A stretch of DNA of 64,000 nt, taken from Malacoraja senta. Lineage: Eukaryota. The stretch lies in assembly GCA_038087875.1 (NCBI GenBank), contig CM075977.1, positions 321,098,001-321,162,000 on the forward strand. The letters are read 5' to 3'. A program made the position numbers and the translations under genes. The notes beneath the pieces were generated by a model that was not told the origin of the DNA, searched no databases, and saw nothing but the letters and a program-made list of their open reading frames with translations. Of this stretch, positions 24,810-37,079 are shown one piece after another (within the stretch, counting starts at the first letter, position 1; each line of letters starts with the position of its first letter).

Positions 24810-26541
24810 CAGTGCCCTCCATAATGTTTGGGACAAAGACCCGTCATTTATTTATTTGCCTCTGTACTCCACAATTTGACATTTGTAATAGAAAAATTCA
24901 CATGTGGTTAAAGTGCACATTGTCAGATTTTATTAAATACATTTTGGTTTCATCATGTAGAAATTTACAGCTGTGTTTATACACAGTCCCCCTATTTCAG
25001 GGCACCATAATGTTTGGGACACATGGCTTCACAGGTGTTTTTAATTGCTCAGGTGTGTTTAAATGCCTCCTTAATGCAGGTATAAGAGAGCTCTCAGCAC
25101 CAAGTCTTTCCATCACCTTTGGAAACTTTTATTGCTGTTTATCAACATGAGGACTAAAGTTGTGCCAATGAAAGTCAAAGAAGCCATTATGAGACTTAGA
25201 AACAAGAATAAAACTGATAGAGACATCAGCCAAACCTTAGCCTTACCAAAATCAACTGTTTGGAACATCAGAAAGAAGAGAGCACTGGTGAGCTTACTAA
25301 TCGCAAAAGGACTGGCAGGCCAAGGAAGACCTCCACAGCCGATGACACAATAATTCTCTCTATCATAAAGAAAAATCCCCAAACACCTGTTTGACAGATC
25401 AGAAACACTCTTCAGGAGTCGGGTGTAGATTTGTCAATGATCACTGTCCACAGAAGACTTCATGAACAGAAATACAGAGGCTACACTGCAAGATGGAAAC
25501 CACTGGTTAGCAGCAAAAATAGAATGGCCAGGTTACAGTTTGCCAAGAAGTACTTAAAAGCAACCACAGTTCTGGAAAAAGGTCTTGTGGACAGATGAGA
25601 CGAAGATTAGCTTATATCAGAGTGATGGCAAGAGCAAAGTATGGAGGAGAGAAGGAACTGCCCAAGATCCAAAGCATACCACATCATCTGTGAAACACGG
25701 TGGTGGGGGTGTTATAGCCTGGGCATGTATGGCTGCTGAAGGTACTGCCTCACTTATCTTCATTGATAATTCTACTGCTGATGGTAGTAGCATAATCAAT
25801 TCTGACGTGTATAGACACATTTTATCTGCTCAAGTTCAAACAAATGCCTCAAAACTCATTGGCCGGCGGTTCATTCTACAGCAAGACAATGATTCCAAAC
25901 ATACTGCTAAAGCAACAAATGAGTTTTTCAAAGCTAAAAATTGGGCAATTCTTGAGTTGCCAAGTCAATCACCCAATCTGAAACCAATTGAGCATGTCTT
26001 TTAAATGCTGAAGAGAAAACTGAAGGGCCCCCAAAACAACCAAAAGCTAATGATGGCTGCAATACAGGCCTGGCAGAGCATCACCAGAGAAGACACCCAG
26101 CAACTGGTGATGGCCATGAATCGCAGACTTCAAGCAGTCATTGCATGCAAAGGATATGCAACAAAATACTAAACATAACTACTTTCATTTACATGACATT
26201 GCTGTGCCGCAAACATTATGGTGCCCTGAAATAGGGGGACAGTGTATATACACTGCTGTAATTTCTACATGGTGAAACCAAAATGTATAAAAATGGCCTT
26301 TATTAAAATCTGACAATGTGCACTTTAACCACAAGTGATGTTTTCTATTACAATTCCGTCTGAAGATGGGTCTCGACCCGAAACGTCATCTATTCCTTCG
26401 CTCCATAGATGCTGCCTCACTCGCTGAGTTTCTCCAGCATTTTTATCTACCTTTTATTTTCTATTACAAATCTCAAATTGTGGAGTACAGAGGCAACTAA
26501 ATAAATGATGGGTCTTTGTCCCAAACATTATGGAGGCACTG
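24810..26541 (+). mobile_element. Full-length Tc1 (IR/DR-type) DNA transposon with a decayed transposase at about 25147-26172
   Basis: TA|CAGTGCCCTCCATAATGTTTGGGAC...GTCCCAAACATTATGGAGGCACTG|TA; roughly 210-bp TIRs with an inner direct repeat; HTH region, WTDETK, QQDNDSKH and SPNLKPIE; frameshifts and stops present. Confidence 0.95.
26354..26456 (+). mobile_element. About 100-bp hammerhead-bearing insertion in the Tc1 right TIR, with a 13-bp TSD
   Basis: TTTTCTATTACAA at 26341-26353 and 26457-26469; absent from the homologous TIR near 56845; core CTGAAGATGGGTCTCGACCCGAAACGTC at 26360-26387. Confidence 0.85.
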
Positions 26542-27463
26542 TAGTTTATCCTTATCTATTGGAATGTAATTAATGCCAAACATATCAATTATATAAATCT
26601 TGATCTATCCTCAAGCCCAGCATGGATTTGTAAAGTGCAGACTCTGCCTGACTGCCCTTATTGAATTTTATGGAGGAGTGACTACAATAATTGGACATCT
26701 AATGATGGTGCCCATAATTTAATTGAGCTTTGTGGAATTTAGGGTATTAGCTGAATCGATATTATGTATTTTGTTTATTTTGGATCCGTTGATGGATTTT
26801 GATATTAAAAGTGGAGGAAAGGTAGGAATGTGGAGTTGAATCAGAGCTTCGATGCGTGGTTGATGGTGCAGCCTGCGAAGTATCCCGTCTGTGCTTCCCA
26901 GCCTCACCATCATTTTACAGGTTTCAGCTCTCGCCCTGTTCTCCACAGCATCGCACCCATTTCAATCTTCCTTATGGTGCAATACCTAGGATTTAAGGTA
27001 GTACTACTCCAGATATGAATTTGCCGGCTTTATAACAACTAACACAACTTGCATTTCTCTCTATTTTTGGCCCTTTGTTCTGTCTGGTTTTCCCTCTGAT
27101 TTTCGTGGTTTTTATTTCCTGCTTCCCCACAGTTTGTATCGAGAAGATTCTGTTTTCTTTCTTGAGCTCAAAGTTTTAACTCCACTTATCACTTAGTTTG
27201 TCCGGTTCAAACTTCGCCGTGTCGTACAGTTGTTTGCCAGAAATCTCGATTATACCCAATTTTACAGTGAAAGGCCCAGGCGCCGGTACGGACTCTTCAC
27301 CATTTGTGAGAGGGGGAATCCACAAAGGGGGCAACTCTCTCCTCGATGTCGGAGTGTCATCGTGTAATGAACACGGGCACGTTCTCGTTTACAATCCAAG
27401 CCACGCTCGAGGTTTGAACGCTCCTCAAACCGTGCCTGAGGTTACAATGTAGAAAGATTGCAG

Positions 27464-27689
27464 GTACACAAAAATGCTGGAGAAACTCAGCGGGTGCAGC
27501 AGCATCTATGGAGCGAAGGAAATAGGTAACGTTTCGGGCCGAAACACACTGATGACCCCTTTTCCCGTCTCCAACGCACCCCATCCTCATGGAAATTATA
27601 TTCCATAGATGCTGCTGCACCCGCTGAGTTTCTCCAGCATTTTTGTGTACCTTCGATTTTCCAGCATCTGCAGTTCCTTCTTTAACACT
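27464..27689. mobile_element. Short Penelope-derived insertion with inverted arms and a 14-bp TSD
   Basis: TAGAAAGATTGCAG at 27450-27463 and 27690-27703; near-perfect inverted arms of about 45 bp. Confidence 0.8.
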
Positions 27690-27778
27690 TAGAAAGATTG
27701 CAGTCCAGTTAGTCTTTTCCCACCTCCCTTTCCTACCCCCGCCCACGTCTCTAAACGTTGTGGGATTGGGGGATTTTA

Positions 27779-28237
27779 ATTGGTGAGACCAAGCGGAGGC
27801 TTGGCGATCGTTTCGCCGCCGAACACCTCCGGTCGGTCCACAATAACCTACCTGACCTCCCGGTGGCTCAGCACTTCAACTCCCCCTCCCATTCCGTATC
27901 CGACCTCTCTGTCCTGGGTCTCCTCCATGGCCACAGCGAGCAACACCGGAAATTGGAGGAAATGCACCTCATATTCCGCTTGGGCAGTCTACATCCTGGG
28001 GGCTTGAACATTGAATTCTCCCAACTCTGCTAGCCCTTGCTGTCCCCTCCCCTTCATCAGCCCTCTGGTTGTCTCCTCCCCTCCCCCAGCCCTCGGGCTC
28101 CTCCTCCGCCTTTTTCCTTTCTTCTCCCCACCTCCTATCAGTCTGAAGAAGGGTTTCGGCCCGAAACGTTGCCTATTTCCTTCGCTCCATAGATGCTGCT
28201 GCACCCGCTGAGTTTCTCCAGCATTTTTGGGTACCTT
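27779..28237 (+). mobile_element. Penelope-like 3' end: GIY-YIG C-terminal half and terminal repeat with hammerhead motif (28143-28170)
   Basis: ORF IGETKRRLGDRFAAEHLRSV...HFNSPSH...LEEMHLIFRLGSLHPGGLN; TTGGGGATTTTAAT occurs at both ends (about 27767-27780 and 28236-28249), a likely TSD. Confidence 0.88.
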
Positions 28238-29312
28238 GGGGATTTTAATCTACGTCCTGCCTTGATTCTGCAACGAACAATTTTTGAAAATGTATAAATG
28301 CAGTCTGGAGAAATACCGAAAACAATGCTCCCATTTTCTTGACGGTCGCATTAAGTTAATCGGTATTTAAATTGGTGCGTCATGAGATATTCTAAGGGTC
28401 TGAAGAAGGTCCCGATCCGCATCCATGTCTAGTATCTTTGCTCCAGAGATGCTGCCTGAGCCGCCCAGTTACTCCAGCACTTTGAGTTCTTCGCAAGATT
28501 CCAGCATCTACAGATCCTTGTGTTTTCATATTTCTTGTTTGGTCCGTGCACGGTTTAGTTAAAAGGCTCAAAAATTGTTAATCAATCGGAATTTTCTATT
28601 TCAATGATGTGACATATTTTAAACATCTTTAATTATTGTAATGTTCATTCGAAGACGAGTGTTCAAGAATATAGAAACAACTCGGGCACTGCACTGGAAC
28701 TAAATCGCCGACAATCAACCATTGAATCTGCATCGAATTCATCAGGACATTGAGGTCTTCTGCATATATCAAGCTGTCCCATCAAGCTGTCATGTAAAGA
28801 TAGATGTAATACTTAATTCTAAATCGGACTATGCCAGCCGTGCTATGAACAAATGAAATCTCCATGTTATCTGTTACTGATTCTGGAATTAGCAAATGCG
28901 TCCCGACCACACTGTTTAAACGCGTTTTTGTCATGTTTTGCATTGGTTCTTCGTTGATAGAACTCTTTAATTGTCGTTTGAAACATGAAAAAATTCTCAG
29001 ACTAAAATGGTAAACATAGAGAATCAAATGTATTTAATAATCCTTTAAGGAGCCCGTTTTACAATGGCCAAAAACAATCGATATCATCGTGATAAAGTTT
29101 GCAACACGAAACTCTCAAGATTTACTTATGCATTGAACAGAATGTGGTGGATGTTAGATAATTACTTGGGCGGCCTCGTGCACAAAATGGAAGAAAGATC
29201 TTAGAGTGGAACCGGATCAGCGCCATAAAAATTGAAATGATTGTAGATTTAGTTACTACGTTTTCTGGTTTGTTTTACAGGTCATCATTCATAGTAGAAC
29301 GTAATAAAATTT

Positions 29313-29512
29313 NNNNNNNNNNNNNNNNNNNNNNNNNNNNNNNNNNNNNNNNNNNNNNNNNNNNNNNNNNNNNNNNNNNNNNNNNNNNNNNNNNNNNNNN
29401 NNNNNNNNNNNNNNNNNNNNNNNNNNNNNNNNNNNNNNNNNNNNNNNNNNNNNNNNNNNNNNNNNNNNNNNNNNNNNNNNNNNNNNNNNNNNNNNNNNNN
29501 NNNNNNNNNNNN
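29313..29512. other. Assembly gap (200 N)
   Basis: Run of N. Confidence 1.
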
Positions 29513-29514
29513 CA

Positions 29515-29567
29515 TGTGTGTGTGTGTGTGTGTCTGTGTGTCAGTGTGTGTGTGTGTGTGTGTGTGT
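29515..29567. repeat. (TG)n microsatellite next to the gap
   Basis: Seen directly. Confidence 0.95.
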
Positions 29568-29588
29568 CAGAGTCTGAGGGGAGAAGCG

Positions 29589-29818
29589 GCGGACAGACGG
29601 ACGAAAGCAACGATCATAGAGCGGAATAGGTGACATTTCGGGTCGAGACCCTTCTTCAGACTGACAAGTCAAGGGAAAGGGGAGATAGAGGCATATCTTC
29701 CATTCATTTGTCCTTAGTACCGTCTATGTCTCTTGTTCCTCTTTCCCCTGACTCAGTCTGAAGAAGGGTCTCGACCCGAAATGTCACCTATGATCGTTAC
29801 TTTCATCCGTCTGTCCGC
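29589..29818. repeat. Long imperfect inverted repeat containing two opposed hammerhead motifs
   Basis: 29589-29618 vs 29789-29818 (28/30) and about 29627-29664 vs 29753-29790. Confidence 0.85.
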
Positions 29819-30104
29819 GTGTTCGCTCGCCCTTGGATTAAGTAGCGCAGGATAAAGCTGCGAATTCACGCACAGGATGGAAACTGGAAACTAGGGGAAC
29901 ACCGTCCCCCTGTGTGCCCCCCCCCATCCCCCATTTCCATCACTGGCGACAAGTGTAGTATTTCCTTCAGTTGCAAGGGAAAGTACCCGGGGAGGTAACG
30001 TCGCCCAATCCTTCTCTCCATAGATGCTGCCTCACCCTCTGAGTTTCTTCAGCATTTTTGTCTACCTTTGATTTTTCCAGCATCTGCAGTTCTTTCTTAA
30101 ACAT

Positions 30105-31036
30105 GTCTTCGAGAATGAGACTCTTTGCAGACAACTGTATTGCGTATTGAGAAACCAAATCTGCTGAAGATGCCAAGGTTCTTCAAAATGACATAAACCA
30201 TCTTTGCAATTGGGAAACCATTTGGCAAATGGGTTTGAATCACACCAAATACTTTTCCATGAGAGTTACTCATAAAGCCAAGCCGATCATGAACCGGTAC
30301 AAAATGGGAGACAGCCTGCTTAAAGAAGTTGATCACCACCCATACCTGGGAGTTGAACTCACATCTGGCCTAACAGACATAAACCAGATTGCCACAAAAG
30401 CAAACAAAACTTTGGGCCTTTTCCAGAGAAACGTATCCGGTTGTGACAAACCAATTAAGGAGGTAGTGTACAAAGCAGTTGTCTGCCCACTGTTGGAATA
30501 TTGCCAGACAATATGGGACCCTCACCAGAAAAATAACATTGACACCCTTGACAAGATTCAGAGGCGTGCAGCCCGGTTTGTTAATAACGACTACTCAAGA
30601 CAGTCAAGTGTTCCCGATATGTTAAATTGCCTTGGCTGGGAGTCGCTGGAGTGACCAAAGCCCGCTTATGTACTGTCTACAAGGAGATGGCATCATCCCC
30701 AGTAACATATCTCACCTCATTCAATCCAATACCCAGAAATCTTCAAGACAGTGCTCAGGTCACTTTATTCATACTAGAATTAGAGTAAACAAAAATAGCT
30801 ATCTAGTCACTATATCCATGGACTATCCCAGATTGGAACATCCTTCCTGACACCACCAGGTTTGGACCAACCTTGTCACTCTTCAAGTCACAGCTCGACA
30901 ACTTGGACATGGATCATCTCACCAAACTTGCCACATAAAAATCTAAATAACCCTCTTGCAACCAGTGCCCATGCAAGCGTAACCTGCACGAGATAGCCCA
31001 GCTGTTGGCAGTTGTGCAGTAAACAAGCAGAAGCAG
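30105..31036 (+). mobile_element. 5'-truncated non-LTR retrotransposon of the CR1/L2 supergroup, distinct from the resident CR1 families
   Basis: MRLFADNCIAY...YLGVEL...KANKTLGLFQRN...PLLEYCQTIWDPH...IQRRAARFVNNDYSRQSSV...LGWESLE; tail aagcagaagcag. Confidence 0.85.
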
Positions 31037-31191
31037 GTGGTGTCCGTGTAGAATTTAGCTGGCGTTAATGAAAATCAAAAGTTACGAAAAATATGTCTTT
31101 TGTAAACCAACATTATCAATTCCTCGTTTCTACAATCAAAGTTACCAGTTGGGTATTCAGTGTAACAGGTGTAACAGGTGTTCAATATAAA

Positions 31192-31309
31192 GATACGTCT
31201 GAATATAAATATACGTCTGAAGAAGGGTTTCGACCTGAAACTTTGCCTATTTCCTTCGCTCCATAGATGCTGCTTCACCCGCTGAGTTTCTCCAGCATTT
31301 TTGTCTACC
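31192..31309 (+). mobile_element. About 120-bp hammerhead-bearing insertion with an 11-bp TSD
   Basis: TTCAATATAAA at 31181-31191 and 31310-31320; duplicated 5' junction aatataaa(g/t)atacgtctgaa. Confidence 0.8.
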
Positions 31310-31777
31310 TTCAATATAAACTCTGCAGGCGAGGTAACAATATTTCTCGTATGTTTTTTTGTTCTGTCAATGTATTTTTACAACATTCACGTATGTTGCA
31401 GGTGTTACAGCTGGGTTACTTTGGAAATGTGAATATTCCACACGTTTCCTTGCACGGGGCTGTGAAGTGGATTTTCTTTGGGCCTGCGATGTCTCCAGGA
31501 GTCGTTGTGTGGGCGATGGAGTAAATGCCCATCCCAGACTCTCTGCGTCTACTGGAGAAGAAACGGTATAATGGGGAATATGTGTTTGGCATAATGAATG
31601 GCGGTGCAGGCTCAAAGGTCCAAATGGCCTCCTCCTGCACCTATTTTCTATGTCTCTACTTAGTGGAGGATACCGCATACTTTCATTCCTCTCCCCTCCC
31701 TTCAAAACAAAGGCATGGGTTTCTTTGACAGGAGAAACGTCCAGTTTTCCTTCAGGGTCTGTTGTTCCCATTTCAAA

Positions 31778-33332
31778 AGACAATAGGTGCAGGAGTAGGC
31801 CATTCGGCCCTATGAGCCAGCACCGCCATTCAATGTGATCATGGTTGATCATCCACAATCAGTACCCCGTTCCTGCCTTCTCCCCTGAGTCTGCTATTAT
31901 TAAGAGCCCTATCAAGCTCTCTCTTGAAAGTATCCAGAGAACCGACCTCCACCGCCCTCTGAGGCAGAGAATTCCACAGACTCACCACTCTCTGTGTGAA
32001 AAAGTGTTTCCTCATCTCCGTTCTAAATGCCTTACCCCTTATTCTTAAACTGTGGCCCCTGGTTTTGGACTCCCCCAACATCAGGAACATGTTTCCTGCC
32101 TCTAGCGTGTCAAAACCCTTAATAATCTTATATGTTTCAATAAGATTCCCTCTCATCCTTCTAAATTCCAAAGTATACAAGCCCAGCCGCTCCAATATCT
32201 CAGCATATGACAGTCCCGCCATCCCGGGAATTAACCTTGTGAACCTACGCTGCACTCCCTCAATAGCAAGAATGTCCTTCCTCAAATTAGGGGACCAAAA
32301 CTGCACACAATACTCCAGGTGTGGTCTCACTAGGGCCTGAAACAATTGCAGAAGGACCTCTTTGCTCCTATACTCAACTCTTCTTGTTATGAAGGCCAAC
32401 ATGCCATTCGTTTTCCTCACTGCCTGCTTTCTTTGACTGATGAACAAGGACCCCCAGATCCCGTTGTACTTCCCCTTTTCCCAACTTGACACCATTTAGA
32501 TAATAATCTGCCTTCCTGTTTTTGCTACCAACGTGGATAACCTCACATTTATCCACATTAAACTGCATCTGCCATGCATCTGCCCACTCACCCAACCTGT
32601 CCAAGTCACCCTGCATTCTCATAGCAGCCTCCTCACAGTTCACACTGCCACCCAGCTTTGTGTCATCTGCAAATTTGCCAATGTTACTTTGAATCCCTTC
32701 ATCTAAATCATGGATGTATATTGTAAATAGCTGCGGTCCCAGCACCGAGCCTTATGGTACCCCACTAGTCACTGCCTGCCATTCTGAAAGGGTCCCGTTA
32801 ATCCCTACTTTGTATCCTGTCTGCTAACCAATTTTCTATCCATGTCAGCACTCTACCCCCAATACCATGTGCCTTAGTTTTTCCCACTAATCTCCTACGT
32901 GAGACCTTATCAAATGCTTTCTGAAAGTCCAGGTACACGACATCCACTGGCTCTCCTTTGTCCATTTTCCTAGTTACATGTTCAAAAAATTCCAGAAGAT
33001 TAGTCAAGCATGATTTTCCCCTTCATAAATCCATGCTGACTCGGACTGATCCTGTTACTACTATCCAAATGTGCCGCTATTTCATCTTTTATGATTGACT
33101 CCAGCATCTTCCCCACCACCGATGTCAGGCTAACTGTTCTATAATTCCCTGTTTTCTCTCTCGCACCTTTCGTAAAAAGTGCGATAACATTAGCTACCCT
33201 CCAATGCACAGGAACTCATCCTGAATCTATAGAACATTGGAAAATGAACACCAATGCGTCCACGATTTCTAGAGCCACTTCCTTAAGTACCCTGGGATGC
33301 AGACCATCAGGCCCCGGGGATTTATCAGCCTT
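31778..33332 (-). mobile_element. 5'-truncated CR1 LINE
   Basis: ORFs 33000-33209, 32798-33007, 32374-32745 and 31839-32495. Confidence 0.95.
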
Positions 33333-33359
33333 CCTTTCCCTAGTAAAACAATAAACTAT

Positions 33360-33545
33360 TCTACATGTTCCTTGATCTCCATCGCTTTTGTCTCGTTTTC
33401 ACACCTTGCACTTCCCTATCTCTACATCTCCCCGACCCGAAACGTCACCCATTCCTTCTCTCCAGAGATGCTGCCTGTCCCGCTGAGTTACTCCAGCACT
33501 TTGTGTCTATCTTCGGTTTAAACAGCATCTGCAGTTCCTTCCTAC
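33360..33545 (+). mobile_element. Penelope terminal-repeat fragment
   Basis: cgacccgaaacgtcacccattccttctctccagagatgctgcc...gcatctgcagttccttcctac. Confidence 0.8.
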
Positions 33546-34149
33546 CATAAAACGTACCTTGAAGCCTTTTGCAGATGCAAATTCAATGCACTTCGATGAG
33601 CTTTTTCTTATGGGATGAATCATTGAATCAAAGAAAACGGAGAAATACCATATAATATAGTAGTTGTGACAACACTTTTGACCATAACTGATACGAAGAT
33701 GGTTGTTCACATTTTGCGTGATTTCATACTTTGGTGAGCGATTTGTCAGGTGTTGAACTGATTTTGCTGCCTCAGATGTAACTCTGAAGAAAAGCTGCTG
33801 AAGTTTAATGATCAGAATTGGAGTAAAGAAGTTTAAAAGTGTAGTTATAAACAATGCTATAATTTTCAATTGCCTAGTCTAATCGAGTCAATACAGTGAC
33901 CCCGTCCATGCTCACTGTTAATATTTGCGGCATCTTTCAGAGACGCTGCTCCAGATACTACTCTCACTGACGGACTGAATGAAAGCAGGGGGGTAATTCA
34001 TATGTGATATTTGCATGTGACAGGACCAAAAACCTAAAATATCCAAGGCATGAATTATCTTTAAGAAACGTTTAATTTTGTGCGTTTTTGCAGTACAGAA
34101 AAGGCTGTTTATACTCCATTTGTGTTGTTCCATCACCACTCTTGCATAA

Positions 34150-35210
34150 ACAGCATAAAAAAGGCTCTTCGATTCGATTCAAGATGTCCACCTGAGCCAT
34201 ACCCACTTGCCTACAGTTGGCGTATATCCCTTTTCTATCCATGCACCTGAGTAAATGTCTTTTAAATATTGTAACTGTACAAGTCTCTACAGCTTTCTCT
34301 GGCAACTCGTTCAATATATGCACCACCCTATGTGAAAAACGTCGCTCCTCAGATTATCCCAGCTACACTCGTCTTGCCTACCTGCGTTTGGTCCATATCC
34401 CTCCAAACCTGTCCTACCTATGTACCTGTCTAACTGTTTCTTAAATGTTGGGATAGTCCCAGCCTCAACTACCTCCTCTGGCAGCTTGTTCCATACATCC
34501 ACCACCCTTTGTGTGAAAAAGTTACCCCTCAGATTCCTATTAAATCACCTTAAACCCAAGTCCTCTGGTCCTCGATTCACCTACTCTGGGCAAGAGACCT
34601 GATCCACCTGATCTATTCCTCTCATGATTTTATACACCTCTATAAGATTACCCCTCATCCTCCTGCGCTCCCGGGAATAGAGTCCCAGCCTACTCAACCT
34701 CTCCCTATAGCTCAGACCCTCTAGCCCTGGCAACATCCTCGTAAATCTTCTCTGTACCCTTTCCAGCTTGACAACATCTTTCCTATAACATGGTGCCCAG
34801 AACTGAACACATTACTCTAAATGCGACCTCTCCAACGTCTTATACAACTGCAACATGACCTCCCGACTTCTATACTCAATTAGATATCATTTAAATCATT
34901 GTTCTCGACTTTTCCAGTCCGCTAACATGGAAAAAAGACTGTGGCTATTCATTTTATCTGTGCTCCTCGTGATTTCTAATACATTTTAAAACCTCTCCAA
35001 TACACAGGGGAAGAAAGTCCCTGTTTATCCCATCTCTCCATTATCTCCAATTCCCCAGTCCTGTTAAAATCCTCATGAATCTTATCTGCATGCTTTACAG
35101 TTTAATGACTTTCTTCTTGAAACTGCTACACACTTCTTTCTGTAACTGGCGGCCACCACACGACTCCATGTGTGGTCGCACTGATGATATGTACAGTTGT
35201 ACTACATGCC
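34150..35210 (-). mobile_element. Nested CR1 3' fragments (a younger copy at about 34355-34880 inside an older one)
   Basis: ORFs 34072-34326 and 34311-34505 (WNKLPEEVVEAGTI) plus adjacent ORF2 text. Confidence 0.8.
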
Positions 35211-36119
35211 CCAACTGATGAAGGCAAGCTTGCCAAACACTTTCTTCACCATGTAGGAACAAAACTGCAGATTCTGGTTTATATCAAAGATAGACATAAA
35301 GTACCGGATGAACTCAACGGGTCAGCAGCATCTCCAGAGAGAGAAAAAGCATAGTTGACGTTACGGGTCGGGTCTTCAGAAGAACGGTTCTGACCCGAAA
35401 CGTCACCCATCCTTTTTCTCCGGAATTGCAGCCTGACCACCCCAGCTATCTCTGCCACATTTTGGGAGCTATGGATCTACACTCCTCTGTTCTACAAAAC
35501 TGTCCAGTGCTCCATTGCACTGAAAAAGTGAAATAAAATGTGCTGGAAATACTCAGTAGGTCAAATGTTAATAATGAAAGATGATTGACCTGAAATGTTA
35601 TCTCAGTATCTCCCTCCGTATATGTCTGACCTGCTTTAAAATTGCCAGCAGAATATTTTCAGGTATTCTTAACGGAATATTGTTGCTTCTCCCTATTTAA
35701 ACACATCTTTGTCATGGGTTTACTGCGGAGGAGACAAGAGATTGCAGATACTGGAATATGGAACAACAACTTTCCCTAAACCAATTTATCACGTTATACA
35801 ATAACATTTGTAGGAGATTGAGGATAGTGGGAAAAGTGGGCTATGGCTCATATTTCCCACACGAGTGATTACATTTCATTGATGCAAAATGCGCATTAAG
35901 TCCGATTGATGTAGAATCCATGAATGCTGACTACAATTTTTGGGTGTTCCTTTACGGCTAAGGCTAGCCTGTTTCTATTCTGGTCCAAAGGCGACCAGAT
36001 CCTCGGTGGGATGTTCAAATTCTTGCAGATCTGAGCCAGTGACTGGGTGGGTGGATGATTTTCGGACGAGGGCTTCAGCTGTCGGGGAACAACCTCAGTG
36101 TTTACCAAAGATACTAGAT

Positions 36120-37078
36120 GATATAAAAGTGGGTGATTTTGCAGGTTGCGAAAGATTGCAGCAGGATCTTGATCGATTGGCCAGATGGGCTGAAGAATGG
36201 TTGATGGAGAAATGTGAGGTGCTGCATTTTGGGACGTCAAACAAGGGCAGGACCTACACAGTAAATGGGAGGCCTCTGGGTAGTGTTGTAGAGCAGAGGG
36301 ATCTAGGATAGCAGGTGCATAGTTCCTTGAAGCTCGAGTCGCAGGTAGATAAGGTGGTCGAAAATGTTTTTGGCACGTTGGCCTTCAACAGTCCACAGAG
36401 TATTGAGTACAGATTTGATTTAACGCGAGTTGATTTAAACGTGCTATATAAATAAAATGTACTTTACTTTAGATGTTGGAAGGTCATGTTGCAGTTGTAT
36501 AAGACGTTGGTGAGACCAACATTTAGAGTATTGTGTTCAGTTCTAGGAAGCTGAACACAACAGTTCAGCTGTGTCCATGTTATAAGAAAGATATTGTCAA
36601 GCTTAAAAAGGGTTCAGGCATTTACAAGGATGTTGCCAGAACTAGAGGGTGTGAGCTATAGGGAGAGTTTGAGTAGGCTGGGTCTCTATTCCTTGTAGCG
36701 CCAGAGGATGGATGGTCTTTAGAGGTGTACAAAATCATGAGAGGAATAGATGCACAGAATCTCTTGCCCAGAGAAGGGGAATCGAGGACATATGTTCAAG
36801 GTGAAGGGGAAAAGATTTAATAGGAATCTGAGGGGTAACTTTTTCACACAAAGGGTGGTGGGTGCATGGAACAAGCTATCAGAGGAGGTAGTTGAGGCTG
36901 GGACTATCCCAACGTTTAGGAAACAGTTAAGACAGGTACTTGGATAGGACAAGTTTGGAGGGATATGGACCAAACGCAGGCAGATGGGACTAGTGTAGGT
37001 GGGACTAGTGTAACTGGGACATGTTGGCCAATGTGGGCAAGTTGGGCCGAAGGGCCTGTTTCCACACTGTATCACTAT
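36120..37078 (+). mobile_element. 5'-truncated CR1 LINE, second subfamily
   Basis: LQQDLDRLARWAEEW...KCEVLHFG; ORF 36750-36947; 3' UTR gggcctgtttccacactgtatc. Confidence 0.9.
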
Positions 37079-37079
37079 A

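Noticed and set aside
27198-27452. 84-aa ORF in CpG-rich unique sequence
   Set aside because: Non-ATG start, no recognisable homology and no convincing exon boundaries.
29237-29629. ORFs containing X runs
   Set aside because: Artefacts of translating through the N gap.
36411-36470. About 60-bp insert in a CR1 ending tgctatataaataaaatgtactttacttt
   Set aside because: Probably an extremely truncated L2/SINE-type tail; too short to classify.
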